Below, piece after piece: positions 10,024 through 19,273 of a DNA stretch of 64,000 nt. Source of the stretch: Fibrobacteria bacterium (GTDB lineage Bacteria; Fibrobacterota; Fibrobacteria; UBA11236; JADFYW01); the NCBI GenBank assembly GCA_050294405.1, contig JBNKOC010000028.1, positions 1 through 64,000 on the forward strand, written 5' to 3'. The notes below the pieces were generated by a model. That model was not told where the DNA came from. It ran no database searches and saw nothing but the letters and a program-made list of their open reading frames with translations. Both the position numbers and the translations under genes were made by a program. Position 1 is the first letter of the stretch, and each line of letters begins with the position of its first letter.

Positions 10024-11198
10024 TTTTTTTTCCCATCGAAATTGTAAAAAGTTTTTTTTAAAAGTTTTTCTGTTATTTTCAAATTTTTAATCTCTTGCAG
10101 AATTTTTTTTGCAGTCCCCTTTTTATAATAGGGATTTTTTACTTTTTTACAAAATGCTCTAAATTCTGGCGTTCGACATTTTTTTATTGCTTTTATGATT
10201 TCCTTTTTTTTAGGACTGCAATCTATCACAGAATCGGCTCGTACCCTTCCTTTTTGTCTATCTCCAATATTTATGGTTGGTATACCAAAAGAAGGCGTTT
10301 CAATCACTCCACTAGATGAATTTCCAATTACTAGATCGAAATGTTTCATAACACTTAAATATCTTAAGTGCCCTAATGATGTCCTTGCAATACATCTTCC
10401 TTTATTTTTATTAACATATTCCAATATTTTTGTTATTATAACCCTTCCATCTGGGTCTGAATTTGGCATCGTAAATATAAAATTCATTTCTTTAAATTCA
10501 TCTAACGCTTGCAATAATTCGGATATTTGTCCTTTAGCTGTTTTATTTTCCAATGTTACAGGGTGATAAGTCACTATAGCATTGATTTTTCCCATTTTAA
10601 AACCTATTGATTTTTCTAATTCATTTTTACCCAATAACGTCATGTAATCTAAACTATCCAGTCCTGGAGAACCTGCATTAAAAGTTCTTGCTGGGTGTTC
10701 CCCTAATTGAATAATTCTATTACGATAAGTTTCTGTTGTTGCAAAATGTATATGCGCCATTTTTGTTATGGAATGCCGTATTGGCTCATCTATGGCTCCT
10801 TCAGTAGTTTCACCTCCATGAATATGGGCAATTGGTATATTGGCAACCATTGCAGCGGAAGAGGCACAAAATATTTCATATCTATCACCAAGTAATACCA
10901 CTATATCTGGTTTAAGCTTTTGATATACTTCACCGAATCCAATCATAGCTAGGCCCATTGATTTTGAAATACCTACATAAGTATCACTTGAAAGAAGCAT
11001 TTCTACTTTTTCAGTTATTTTAAATCCATCCTTTTCTATTTGTTTATAAGTTAACCCAAACTCTGGGGAAAGATGCATACCCGTTACAATCAATTGAAGT
11101 TCGATTTCATTATCTTTTTTTGCAAGTTTTAAAAAATTATATAACAGACCATATTCTGCTCTTGTTCCTGTGACTACACTTATTTTTTTTTTTATCAC
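10020..11198 (-). CDS. neuC: Hydrolysing NDP-sugar 2-epimerase (LegG/NeuC)
   Basis: VTGTRAEYG, LGDRYE, HIHGGE, GNSSSG, GDRQKGR. Confidence 0.92.
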   Translation of the reverse strand: MIKKKISVVTGTRAEYGLLYNFLKLAKKDNEIELQLIVTGMHLSPEFGLTYKQIEKDGFKITEKVEMLLSSDTYVGISKSMGLAMIGFGEVYQKLKPDIVVLLGDRYEIFCASSAAMVANIPIAHIHGGETTEGAIDEPIRHSITKMAHIHFATTETYRNRIIQLGEHPARTFNAGSPGLDSLDYMTLLGKNELEKSIGFKMGKINAIVTYHPVTLENKTAKGQISELLQALDEFKEMNFIFTMPNSDPDGRVIITKILEYVNKNKGRCIARTSLGHLRYLSVMKHFDLVIGNSSSGVIETPSFGIPTINIGDRQKGRVRADSVIDCSPKKKEIIKAIKKCRTPEFRAFCKKVKNPYYKKGTAKKILQEIKNLKITEKLLKKTFYNFDGKKN

Positions 11199-11199
11199 T

Positions 11200-12393
11200 T
11201 CAGACCTTTAACCTTGCGCTACTTGGTACATTGATAATTCTTTCATAACACCACTTAGAATTCTCCAATGAATCATGAAAACATTTTTTAAACATAGGGA
11301 AATTTAAAGGCAATTGCCATAAGGGCCTTGTCATAACTCCATTGGCATTTGTATATTCCAAAAATTGCTTTTTTTGCTTTTTATCATCTAAGATAAATGT
11401 ATTCAACCAATAATTTGCTGTACATCCTTCTTGCTCTTTTACAATTTTAAGGCCAGTATTGGAAGCAAATTCAATATATTTTTCAGCAACTTCTCTTTTG
11501 CTAATTAAAATTTCATTTAATTTATCTAATTGAGCACAACCCATCGCTGCATTTAAGTTAGGCATGCGATAATTATAACCTAATTCATCATGAAAATATT
11601 CATATAGATCGGGTCTTTTTGCAGTTGTCGTCAAATGTTTAGCCCTATTAGCTAACTCGTTTGACTGCGTCAAAATAATCCCACCACCGCCAGTAGTTAT
11701 GGTTTTATTTCCATTAAAACTTAACACACCCAACATACCGAAAGTGCCAGTATGTTTGTCTTTCACAAAACTTCCAAGGGACTCAGCTGAATCTTCTATT
11801 ACTGGTATGTTCCATTTATCACATATCTCACATATTTTTTGTATATCAACAGGATGTCCAAATGTATGCATAGGAATACAAGCGGAAATAATCCGACCAG
11901 TATTTTTATTTTTCACTTGTCCCTTAGAATTTTTAATACATTCTTTTTGTAAAAATAATTCTAATGCGGTTGGATCTAACCCAAATCTTTCTTTTTCACA
12001 ATCCAGGAATGTTGGATATGCATAACAATAGGCAATTGCATTTGGTGTTGCAACAAATGTGGTTGCCTGGGTAATCACCTCAGTTCCAGGTGTTACTCCC
12101 GCTAATATTAAGGCTATGTGCAAGGCTGCCGTTCCATTGACTGTGACAATAGCATATTTACTTTTAGTAAATCCGCAGATTTTTTCTTCCATTAAATTAG
12201 TGTAATGACCAATACTTGAAACAAAAGTAGAATCCAAACATTCATTAATATATTTTTTATCTAGTGCATCAAAATAAGGAATATGTAAAGGAATAAATTT
12301 TTGCCCTGAATATAGATTCTTAATGAAAGCCACAAGTTCCGCTTTTTTTGTTGATTCATCAATCATTAAATTATGTTTTTGGATTTTGGCCAT
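11200..12393 (-). CDS. legC: LegC-type DegT/DnrJ/EryC1 PLP aminotransferase
   Basis: NGTAALH, PMHTFGHP, EDSAESLGS, SFNGNKTITTGGGG, GYNYRMPN. Confidence 0.88.
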   Translation of the reverse strand: MAKIQKHNLMIDESTKKAELVAFIKNLYSGQKFIPLHIPYFDALDKKYINECLDSTFVSSIGHYTNLMEEKICGFTKSKYAIVTVNGTAALHIALILAGVTPGTEVITQATTFVATPNAIAYCYAYPTFLDCEKERFGLDPTALELFLQKECIKNSKGQVKNKNTGRIISACIPMHTFGHPVDIQKICEICDKWNIPVIEDSAESLGSFVKDKHTGTFGMLGVLSFNGNKTITTGGGGIILTQSNELANRAKHLTTTAKRPDLYEYFHDELGYNYRMPNLNAAMGCAQLDKLNEILISKREVAEKYIEFASNTGLKIVKEQEGCTANYWLNTFILDDKKQKKQFLEYTNANGVMTRPLWQLPLNFPMFKKCFHDSLENSKWCYERIINVPSSARLKV

Positions 12394-12497
12394 TTAAAAT
12401 TGTATGTAACTGATATATTTCTATGATCAACGGCCTCTTTTTAAACCTAGGTTTTTAAATATCCTTAATTTTACTCACGTTTTGTATAAATTTTTAA

Positions 12498-13496
12498 TTA
12501 AATGCTGTATTTTTTAGGATTATAATATTTTAGATTATTTCCATTTACAAACCAATCTATTGTTTTTTCTAAACCCCGTCTAAAACCTTCCTTACCAGAA
12601 TATTCAGGATACCATCCCGTTAACTTTAATGCTTTAGAATTTTCACTGTATAAGCGATTCACCTCACTTTTATTTGGCCGAATTCTTTCATTGTCACATT
12701 CAATATTTATTTTAACTCCCATTATATCTGAAATTAAATCTACAGTTTCTCTTATAGAAATTTCATATTTACTTCCAATATTTATTACCTCTCCTATCGA
12801 TTGGTCTGATTTGAAAACGGCATTGAACCCTCTTACTGTATCTTTGATATAGTTAAAATCCCTTGTCGGAGACAATGCTCCTAATTTTATAGTTTTAAGT
12901 CCTGATGCTATTTGAGTAATTACTGTTGGAATTACTGCTCGTGCTGATTGTCTTGGGCCATATGTGTTAAATGGTCTTATAATTGATATGGGTGTATTAA
13001 AGGATGTGTAAAATGACATTGCAATTTGATCAGCCCCAATTTTTGAAGCTGAATATGGAGATTGGCCTTGTAATGGGTGTTCTTCTGAAATTGGAACAAA
13101 CTGTGCCGTTCCATAAACTTCACTTGTTGAGGTTATAACGACCTTTTTAATGTTTAACTCTTTAGCAGCTTGAACAATATTTAATGTTCCCTTTACATTT
13201 GTTTCTATATACGTATTGGGTGAATGATATGAATAGGGAATAGCAATTAGTGCAGCCAGATGCATGACCCAATCACAATCCTTCATTGCTGCTTTTACAC
13301 CATAGGGATCTCGAACATCTCCTAAAAAGATTTCAATTGAGTCTCTAATGTTCTTATTAATAGTATCTAACCAACCACAAGTTCCAAATGAGTTGTAGAA
13401 ACAAAATGCCTTAACATCATGGCCTTCTTCTACAAGATGCTCTACCAAGTGACTCCCTATAAAACCGTCAGCACCCGTAACTAACACTTTTTTCAT
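12498..13496 (-). CDS. legB: NAD-dependent NDP-GlcNAc 4,6-dehydratase (LegB-like)
   Basis: VTGADGFIGSHL, HLAALIAIPYSY, TSTSEVYG, YSASK, RPFNTYGPRQS. Confidence 0.88.
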   Translation of the reverse strand: MKKVLVTGADGFIGSHLVEHLVEEGHDVKAFCFYNSFGTCGWLDTINKNIRDSIEIFLGDVRDPYGVKAAMKDCDWVMHLAALIAIPYSYHSPNTYIETNVKGTLNIVQAAKELNIKKVVITSTSEVYGTAQFVPISEEHPLQGQSPYSASKIGADQIAMSFYTSFNTPISIIRPFNTYGPRQSARAVIPTVITQIASGLKTIKLGALSPTRDFNYIKDTVRGFNAVFKSDQSIGEVINIGSKYEISIRETVDLISDIMGVKINIECDNERIRPNKSEVNRLYSENSKALKLTGWYPEYSGKEGFRRGLEKTIDWFVNGNNLKYYNPKKYSI

Positions 13497-13728
13497 TTTC
13501 CCTCTAATATGTCTAGAAATTATATTCTATATATATGCGACACATTCTTTCGACTGTCTACTTTTTAAATTCGAAAATTCGCATTTTAATTTCATCTTTA
13601 TTTTAATGCAATTAATTTTAGTCATTCCAATTGTATTTCCAGCTCCTTATTTGAATTCATTGATAAATTCTTAATTAAAATTGGAAACATTTGTGCAACC
13701 TTCATGCTTTTTTTAATATCTTACTCCA

Positions 13729-14088
13729 CTAATCTTTTTCTCGTAAATAGTTTTTTATTTCTTGTATTTCTTGCTTTATGGTATCAAATTCTTTCATCCG
13801 GAATGAAAGATAATTTTTTGTAATTTGGATTTTCTTTTTTATTCCCTTTGGGGTTAGGATATAATTCCATTTTATTTTTTGTGGCTGATTTGTAAGCTTT
13901 TTTGCCCTGACTAGCCCTTCATCAATTAAACCCGATAATATATAATTGACCTTTCCCAAACTAATATTTAGGGTTTTTGCCAAAGAACGTTGAGTGTGCT
14001 CTGGCTTAATTTCGATTTCTTTTATTATTTTAAATTCAATCATATATTTGTTCAAGTTTTGAACAAAAAATACATCCTGATCGGTCAT
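13729..14088 (-). CDS. MarR-family EPS-associated transcriptional regulator
   Basis: TQRSLAKTLNISLGKVNYIL...YILTPKGIKKK wHTH signature of this family. Confidence 0.88.
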   Translation of the reverse strand: MTDQDVFFVQNLNKYMIEFKIIKEIEIKPEHTQRSLAKTLNISLGKVNYILSGLIDEGLVRAKKLTNQPQKIKWNYILTPKGIKKKIQITKNYLSFRMKEFDTIKQEIQEIKNYLREKD

Positions 14089-14153
14089 TTACCTAATTAT
14101 TTTTAAATATAGTTCGTTTATTACAACATAAGTTCTAAAAGTTTGTTATTAGC

Positions 14154-15083
14154 CTAGCTATGTTCCTTATTAAGAAATTTAAATTTTTGCCAAAAATTCA
14201 ATATAAAAATTTTAGCAAAGATGGCTATCATTGACAAAACTATACCAAGCATGAAGGCAGTTATTACAATTAATTTTTTGTTTGGTTTTGACCTTTTATA
14301 AGGAATTTCAGCCTTTTCTAAGATTTCAAAGGGCTGGGAACTAACCAACATATATTTCTCAATTTCAAATGCAACCATGGTATATATTTTTTCTTTTAAT
14401 ATAGGATCAGCAGTGTTGTTTAATATGTTTTCCAAATATTGTTTATTGATCGAAGCTTCTCTTTTTACATCAGCTAACATTTTATAGTTTAGTTCTTCTA
14501 AATAATAATCCACAATTTTTTTGCTTAAAACGGAGTCAGAAATATCGGCCTGAACAGTTATCACTTTTTTTTTTGAATTTACAGATACCGTTAAAATACT
14601 TCTGCTTAAAAGCTCAACGCCCTGACGTAGGGAAGGAATACTGTTAGAATCTTCAACTAACCATCTTTGATGAGTTTCATCCCATAAATTTGAAAATAAT
14701 TTAGTCATTAAGTTATTTTTTTGAATTATACTTTCAGCTAATTCGTGTCCAGTCAAAATTATTTCAACTTTATCCAAGTTAGTGTTTCCGAACCCTAATT
14801 GAGATGCAACAGCACCACCAACACCTCCTAATGCCCCTAAATTGGATAAAACAGATTGGGCACCTGCTCCTTTTTCAGACTCTTTTAATGCAATAATGGC
14901 CCTAGAAGTAAAAATTGGGGAGCTATGTATGGCAATAATTATTCCTAAAGTAGTAATTGATAGTGTACAGCATATCATCCAATATTTATGAATCCAAAAA
15001 GTGTGTATTAATTGAATTAAATCTATTTCATCATTATTGGAAAATTGATTTCCAGCATCAATATTCTTTTCCCCTTTGTTCAT
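14154..15083 (-). CDS. wzz: Wzz-type polysaccharide chain-length determinant
   Basis: DEIDLIQL N-terminus, two TM segments, C-terminal PYKRSKPNKKLIVI...G motif. Confidence 0.82.
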   Translation of the reverse strand: MNKGEKNIDAGNQFSNNDEIDLIQLIHTFWIHKYWMICCTLSITTLGIIIAIHSSPIFTSRAIIALKESEKGAGAQSVLSNLGALGGVGGAVASQLGFGNTNLDKVEIILTGHELAESIIQKNNLMTKLFSNLWDETHQRWLVEDSNSIPSLRQGVELLSRSILTVSVNSKKKVITVQADISDSVLSKKIVDYYLEELNYKMLADVKREASINKQYLENILNNTADPILKEKIYTMVAFEIEKYMLVSSQPFEILEKAEIPYKRSKPNKKLIVITAFMLGIVLSMIAIFAKIFILNFWQKFKFLNKEHS

Positions 15084-15159
15084 ACTAATTACCTTGGATT
15101 AAAAAATCTCTATTTTTGTATAAAATATAATAATCCTTTTAACTTAATAAAATAAAAGG

Positions 15160-16445
15160 TGAGAGGTGAATCCGATCATTTAAACACAATTTTTGATTTA
15201 TAGGGGTAAAATTTCATGTTATTTATTCGGCCCTTGATAGTGACCGCGGTTGATTCGAGAAATAATATTCATTTGGAGTCATTTTGTCTAAGCTGGAGTG
15301 TGAACGCTCATTATTATTGTAAAGCTTAAAATACGTGTGAATTCACTTCTTAGCCTTAATAACCGAATCATAGGCTCGAAGATATAATTCTTTATATTTA
15401 ACTTTTCTCCATACCAGCTCTACAAAAACATTGTCTCATCAAGCCCCTTTTCCTTCCAATTTGATTTTGATGCCGCTGTCTTTTAAAAGTTTGGTAAAAT
15501 AATGGCTGGTGAATTGACATCCCTTGTCCATATTGAATATCTCTGGCTTGCCATACTTACCCATCGCTTCCTTCACGGTTTCTATACAAAAATTGGTATC
15601 TATGGGAATACTAATTTTGTAAGAAAGCACTTTACGGGAAAACCTCTCCATCACCATACACAAATTTACAAAACCTTTTTCCAATGGAATGTAACATATA
15701 TCCAAGGCACAAACATGGTTAAATTGGTAATTTCTAATTTTCTCAATAGAAAAGATAGACCTTGTGTGCTAAGTTGGATTTACTGGTATTTGGTTTCCTA
15801 TATATGGCTTTCAACCTCATTTTTCGAATGAGTTTCCTTATATGCTTGCGGTCTATTAGAATACCTTCACGGTTTAACATATCCCGCAGCTTGCGACTTC
15901 CCATCCAAAGGTGTTCCAGATGTAGTTCGTCCATACGGCGTATTATTTTTAAGTTCAATTCCGGTGTAGGTTCTGGATTAGAATACACGCTGCTCTGGGC
16001 ATACCTAAAAGCGCAGCTTGTCATTTTATACTCAATTTTATCTTGCGGTCTATCTCTTTTCTCCGCTCCACAATCCCCCCTTGTTGGGCGCACTATGTAA
16101 AAAATCTAGTTCCAATGACTGCTGATCTATTTTACGTGCATGCCTTGAGGTCCACAATGTATTTTATACCTTTATTATCTGGACGAAAAGCATCCTGAGC
16201 TAAGTCCAAAAGCTGGTTTTTCCATTGATTGATTTGTTGGAGTGGATACCAAATTGGTTGGCCAGTTCAGCTAGGGACTTGTCACCCCTAATAGCAAGTA
16301 TCGCTACCTTGGCTTTAAATGCCCTTGAATGGTTTCGTCGTGGTCTTTGAGTCATTTTTTCCTTCCTTACTAGGACAATAATCTAGTCCCTAAATTCTCA
16401 ACTTTCCACTTATCGTTGTGTCTAAATTTGTAGGACCACCTCTCG
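15160..16445 (-). mobile_element. Degenerate IS3-family insertion sequence (~1.29 kb)
   Basis: Imperfect terminal IRs TGAGAGGTG..ATTTAAACAC (15160) and GTGTCTAAAT..CACCTCTCG (to 16445); orfA MTQRPRRNHSRAFKAKVA at 16355 is frameshifted; orfB fragments MGSRKL, AIYRKPNTS, DICYIP, PEIFNMDKGCQFTS. Confidence 0.9.
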
Positions 16446-16459
16446 GAAGTGGTGACAAG

Positions 16460-16998
16460 CTAAAACAGAAATTTTAAAACCCCAGCGGCCAGCCTCTCCC
16501 CTGCTTTACCATCGGCTACCTGGGTTACCAGTTTTACAATTTTTTCCTGTCTTCTGATAAATATTCAGAATTCTGGAGGCAATTTAATATTGCTTCAAAA
16601 CATTTTTCTTCCTTTATTACCAACTATATTTCACCGGATTCCACAAGGGGTTTATACTGTTCTGAAGTTAAATACGCTTTAACCTGTCCCTCTACAAATA
16701 AGCCATCATCTTTAACATCCCAGTTTAAATTAATAATTGGCTTATTTAAAAGGCAGCATCAACAGCGGTGGTTGAAGCTGTATTAATTATAACTGCCGCA
16801 TAATATATGGTGTATCTTTGGTTTTTATAATATTCTTTGTGCTTTTCCCATCGATACCCATAATCTTTAGGATAGAGGCGTATCACTTATTGAGCGTCCA
16901 GTTTTTTTCCCAAGCAGAATTTAATGATATTTACAAATTGTTCATCTTCAATCCAAATAAGCTTGCGAGTACCCGGGGTAAATATGATGTAGGGTTTG
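16460..16998 (-). pseudogene. Decayed 3' half of a paralog of the glycosyltransferase-like gene at 17786-19225
   Basis: Collinear nucleotide similarity to ~17800-18410 (e.g. CTTCTGATAAATATTCAG, TCTTTAACATCCCAG, CTTGCGAGTACCCGG), with frameshifts and an internal deletion. Confidence 0.88.
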
Positions 16999-17055
16999 GG
17001 AGGAAAGACTGATTAGTATCTTTCCGAATTGTTTTCCTAAAATCTTTTATAGCGG

Positions 17056-17334
17056 TTAGTCCATACCTAATTGAAGTTCTCTATTTCTAACCAGTTCTAA
17101 ATATTTTTTTCATCGCTTCAGGTAGAAAGCTTTTTTGAAATACTGGGAGCCAGTGCAAAATTAATTTTTCTATGTAGGAAACAATATTTTCCCCAACAAG
17201 TACCGAAACTACCATATTATAAGATGGGCTGAATCTGCAACCTCTTTACTTAGGCCTAAAAACAGTTTGATTGGACACCCGTCATTCTGAGGATTGACTG
17301 CGAATTACTTGCCCAGCCAGAGCTAACATCTCAT
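17056..17334 (-). pseudogene. HipA/HipT-like kinase toxin remnant with large internal deletions
   Basis: Fragments MRC, LALAGQVIRSQS, TGVQS(K)LFLGL, SPSYNMV, SFLPEAMK...YLELVRNR; start overlaps the stop of the upstream HipS-like ORF (ATGA). Confidence 0.7.
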
Positions 17335-17549
17335 ACTATTTTTCTCCTAAATTTTTCTGAAGCAACAACACTAACTGCACCCACACAATCATGACAGGTA
17401 TTTAATAATATGCCCATTCTATCGCGGGAATTTATTTTCCAATTTAATGCTGCAAAGGAAGCATGAGACTGATTGCTTCTGCATTGGGGGTTATTGAGGT
17501 AATCATCCGTGTAGTTAAAGTGATAGCCGTTTTCTATTTTTATACCCAT
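17331..17549 (-). pseudogene. HipA N-terminal-domain (HipS/couple_hipA-like) remnant
   Basis: ENGYHFNY and NWKINSRDRMGILLNTCHDCVGAVSV are typical of couple_hipA proteins; the central LPL...FFDGLIPEG segment is missing. Confidence 0.75.
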
Positions 17550-17598
17550 TTGGGTATAAATCTTTAATATTTGTGTAAGGTATACCTAAAAGGGTATA
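17539..17598. promoter_or_regulatory. Pair of palindromic operators (probable HipB-type sites)
   Basis: TTTATACCC-ATTT-GGGTATAAA (17539-17560, perfect 9-bp arms) and TATACCT-AAAA-GGGTATA (17581-17598), 40 bp apart, directly upstream of the hip remnant. Confidence 0.7.
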
Positions 17599-17785
17599 AT
17601 TTCATTGAAAATTTTAAATTAAAATTGCCAGCCGTGCCATCCCCTTGAAAGGACTCTCGTTTACTTTTTGGGCAGACAATGAGACATCTTCTGTTTTAGC
17701 TGCCAAACCCAAAATACGGGACAATTATTGACGTGCATTAGTAAAAGTAAAATTGAAATAAATACCTTAGCCCCCTGACAATGAG

Positions 17786-19225
17786 TCATTCCTCAGCTTT
17801 CAAAACCCCAGCGGCTAACCTATCCCCCGCTTTACCATCAGCCTTGACTGTGACCAAATCCACAATTTTTTTTCTGCCTTCTGATAAATATTCAGGATTC
17901 TGGAGGTAATTTAATATTGCTTCATAACATTCCTCGTCATTATTTACCAATTGTATTCCACCGGATTCTACAATTGGCTTGTAGTGTTCGGATGTTAAAT
18001 AAGCCTTAGCTCGCCCCCCTTTAAATAAGCCATCGTCTTTAACATCCCAGCTTAAATTAATAATCGGCTTATTTAAAAAGGCGGCATCCACAGCCGTAGT
18101 TGAGGCTGTATTAATTAAAACAGCCCCATGATATATGGTGTTTATTTGGTTTTTATAAAATTCTGTAGGAGAACTTACACCTCCTTTATCCATGGGAACA
18201 TCCAAGGCTGTTTTTTGAAGATATATATTATTTTCCTTTAAAAAATCTTTGTGCTTTTCCCATCGATACCCATAATCTTTGGGATGGAGGCGGATCACAT
18301 ATTGAGCGTCCAATTTTTTTTCCATACAGAATTTAATAATGTTTACACATTGTTCATCCTCAAATCGGATTAACTTGCGAGTACCCGGTGTAAATAGAAT
18401 GTAGGGCTTAGCCGGATTTAATCCAAGGCTATGCACAAATTCTTGCCTATCAATGACCAATTCTTTAGTATGATAGTCAAATTGAAGCCCACCTACTATT
18501 TCCAATTGATTTGCTTTTAGCTGAGGGTTGTATTTTAATAATTCCTGGTTCATATACGCACTCCAGGTCCAATACTTGTACACAAACTTAGGTAATATGG
18601 CAGGTTTGGTGGTAACATTGTCCCAGGACTGGATTATGCAACCGGTTTTTATCTGTAATTTTTGCGAAGCTAGTACCGCCGGCAAATCCAAGGAATAACG
18701 ATAGATTTCCACCAGCGACAACATAGTTGAAACAAGCATATCCGGCTTATGTTCCCTTAATATGCTTATCCAGTTATGGTACGCTTCACTACGTCTAATT
18801 AGCAGATAAAAAAACCGTTCTAAATAGGAAAAGCAGCCAAAAAGAAATAATAACTTTCCAAATTTGTTCAGAATATATACGCTGAATAAATACCATTTGG
18901 TGTTAAGACCCTCTAAAATTTTTGCCTGGATATCCATAGAGGAATTTGTTTTGTATCCCTCCACCGTGCGAAACATGACATGAGGCAAGTTGAACACTCT
19001 GCGAAGCCGACTCATTTTACTCACATCAGGTTCGGGAAGCATTGCAAAGGGGATTAGCTTAACCCTAGGGCCTAATTTTTCAATCAGAATTGGATCATTC
19101 GGATTTGGTACAGCTGCTATAATTTTAATATGATTGGGAAGACAACCAATGAACTTTCCCAAGAGCAAATTGCGAATTATAAATCCGGTGGAGGCGCATA
19201 CTAAAATGCTTTTAGATTTTTTCAT
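17786..19225 (-). CDS. GT-B/CDP-glycerol-transferase-like protein, candidate nonulosonic acid transferase
   Basis: SWDNVTTK, VGGLQFDY, IRLHPKD, NTASTTAVDAAFLNKPII motifs; last gene of the second NulO cluster. Confidence 0.6.
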   Translation of the reverse strand: MKKSKSILVCASTGFIIRNLLLGKFIGCLPNHIKIIAAVPNPNDPILIEKLGPRVKLIPFAMLPEPDVSKMSRLRRVFNLPHVMFRTVEGYKTNSSMDIQAKILEGLNTKWYLFSVYILNKFGKLLFLFGCFSYLERFFYLLIRRSEAYHNWISILREHKPDMLVSTMLSLVEIYRYSLDLPAVLASQKLQIKTGCIIQSWDNVTTKPAILPKFVYKYWTWSAYMNQELLKYNPQLKANQLEIVGGLQFDYHTKELVIDRQEFVHSLGLNPAKPYILFTPGTRKLIRFEDEQCVNIIKFCMEKKLDAQYVIRLHPKDYGYRWEKHKDFLKENNIYLQKTALDVPMDKGGVSSPTEFYKNQINTIYHGAVLINTASTTAVDAAFLNKPIINLSWDVKDDGLFKGGRAKAYLTSEHYKPIVESGGIQLVNNDEECYEAILNYLQNPEYLSEGRKKIVDLVTVKADGKAGDRLAAGVLKAEE

Positions 19226-19273
19226 GTTAGCTTTAATTCATTGCTAAACATTATTGCCAAAGCTTTAAAAAAA

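Noticed and set aside
15743..16093. ORFs 15743-16093 and 15439-15705 as functional genes
   Set aside because: They are frameshifted fragments of the IS3 orfB
16818..17012. 64-aa plus-strand ORF
   Set aside because: Antisense shadow of the glycosyltransferase pseudogene
17600..17785. Possible ncRNA or gene remnant between the hip operators and the transferase
   Set aside because: No convincing ORF, hairpin or family motif could be identified by eye
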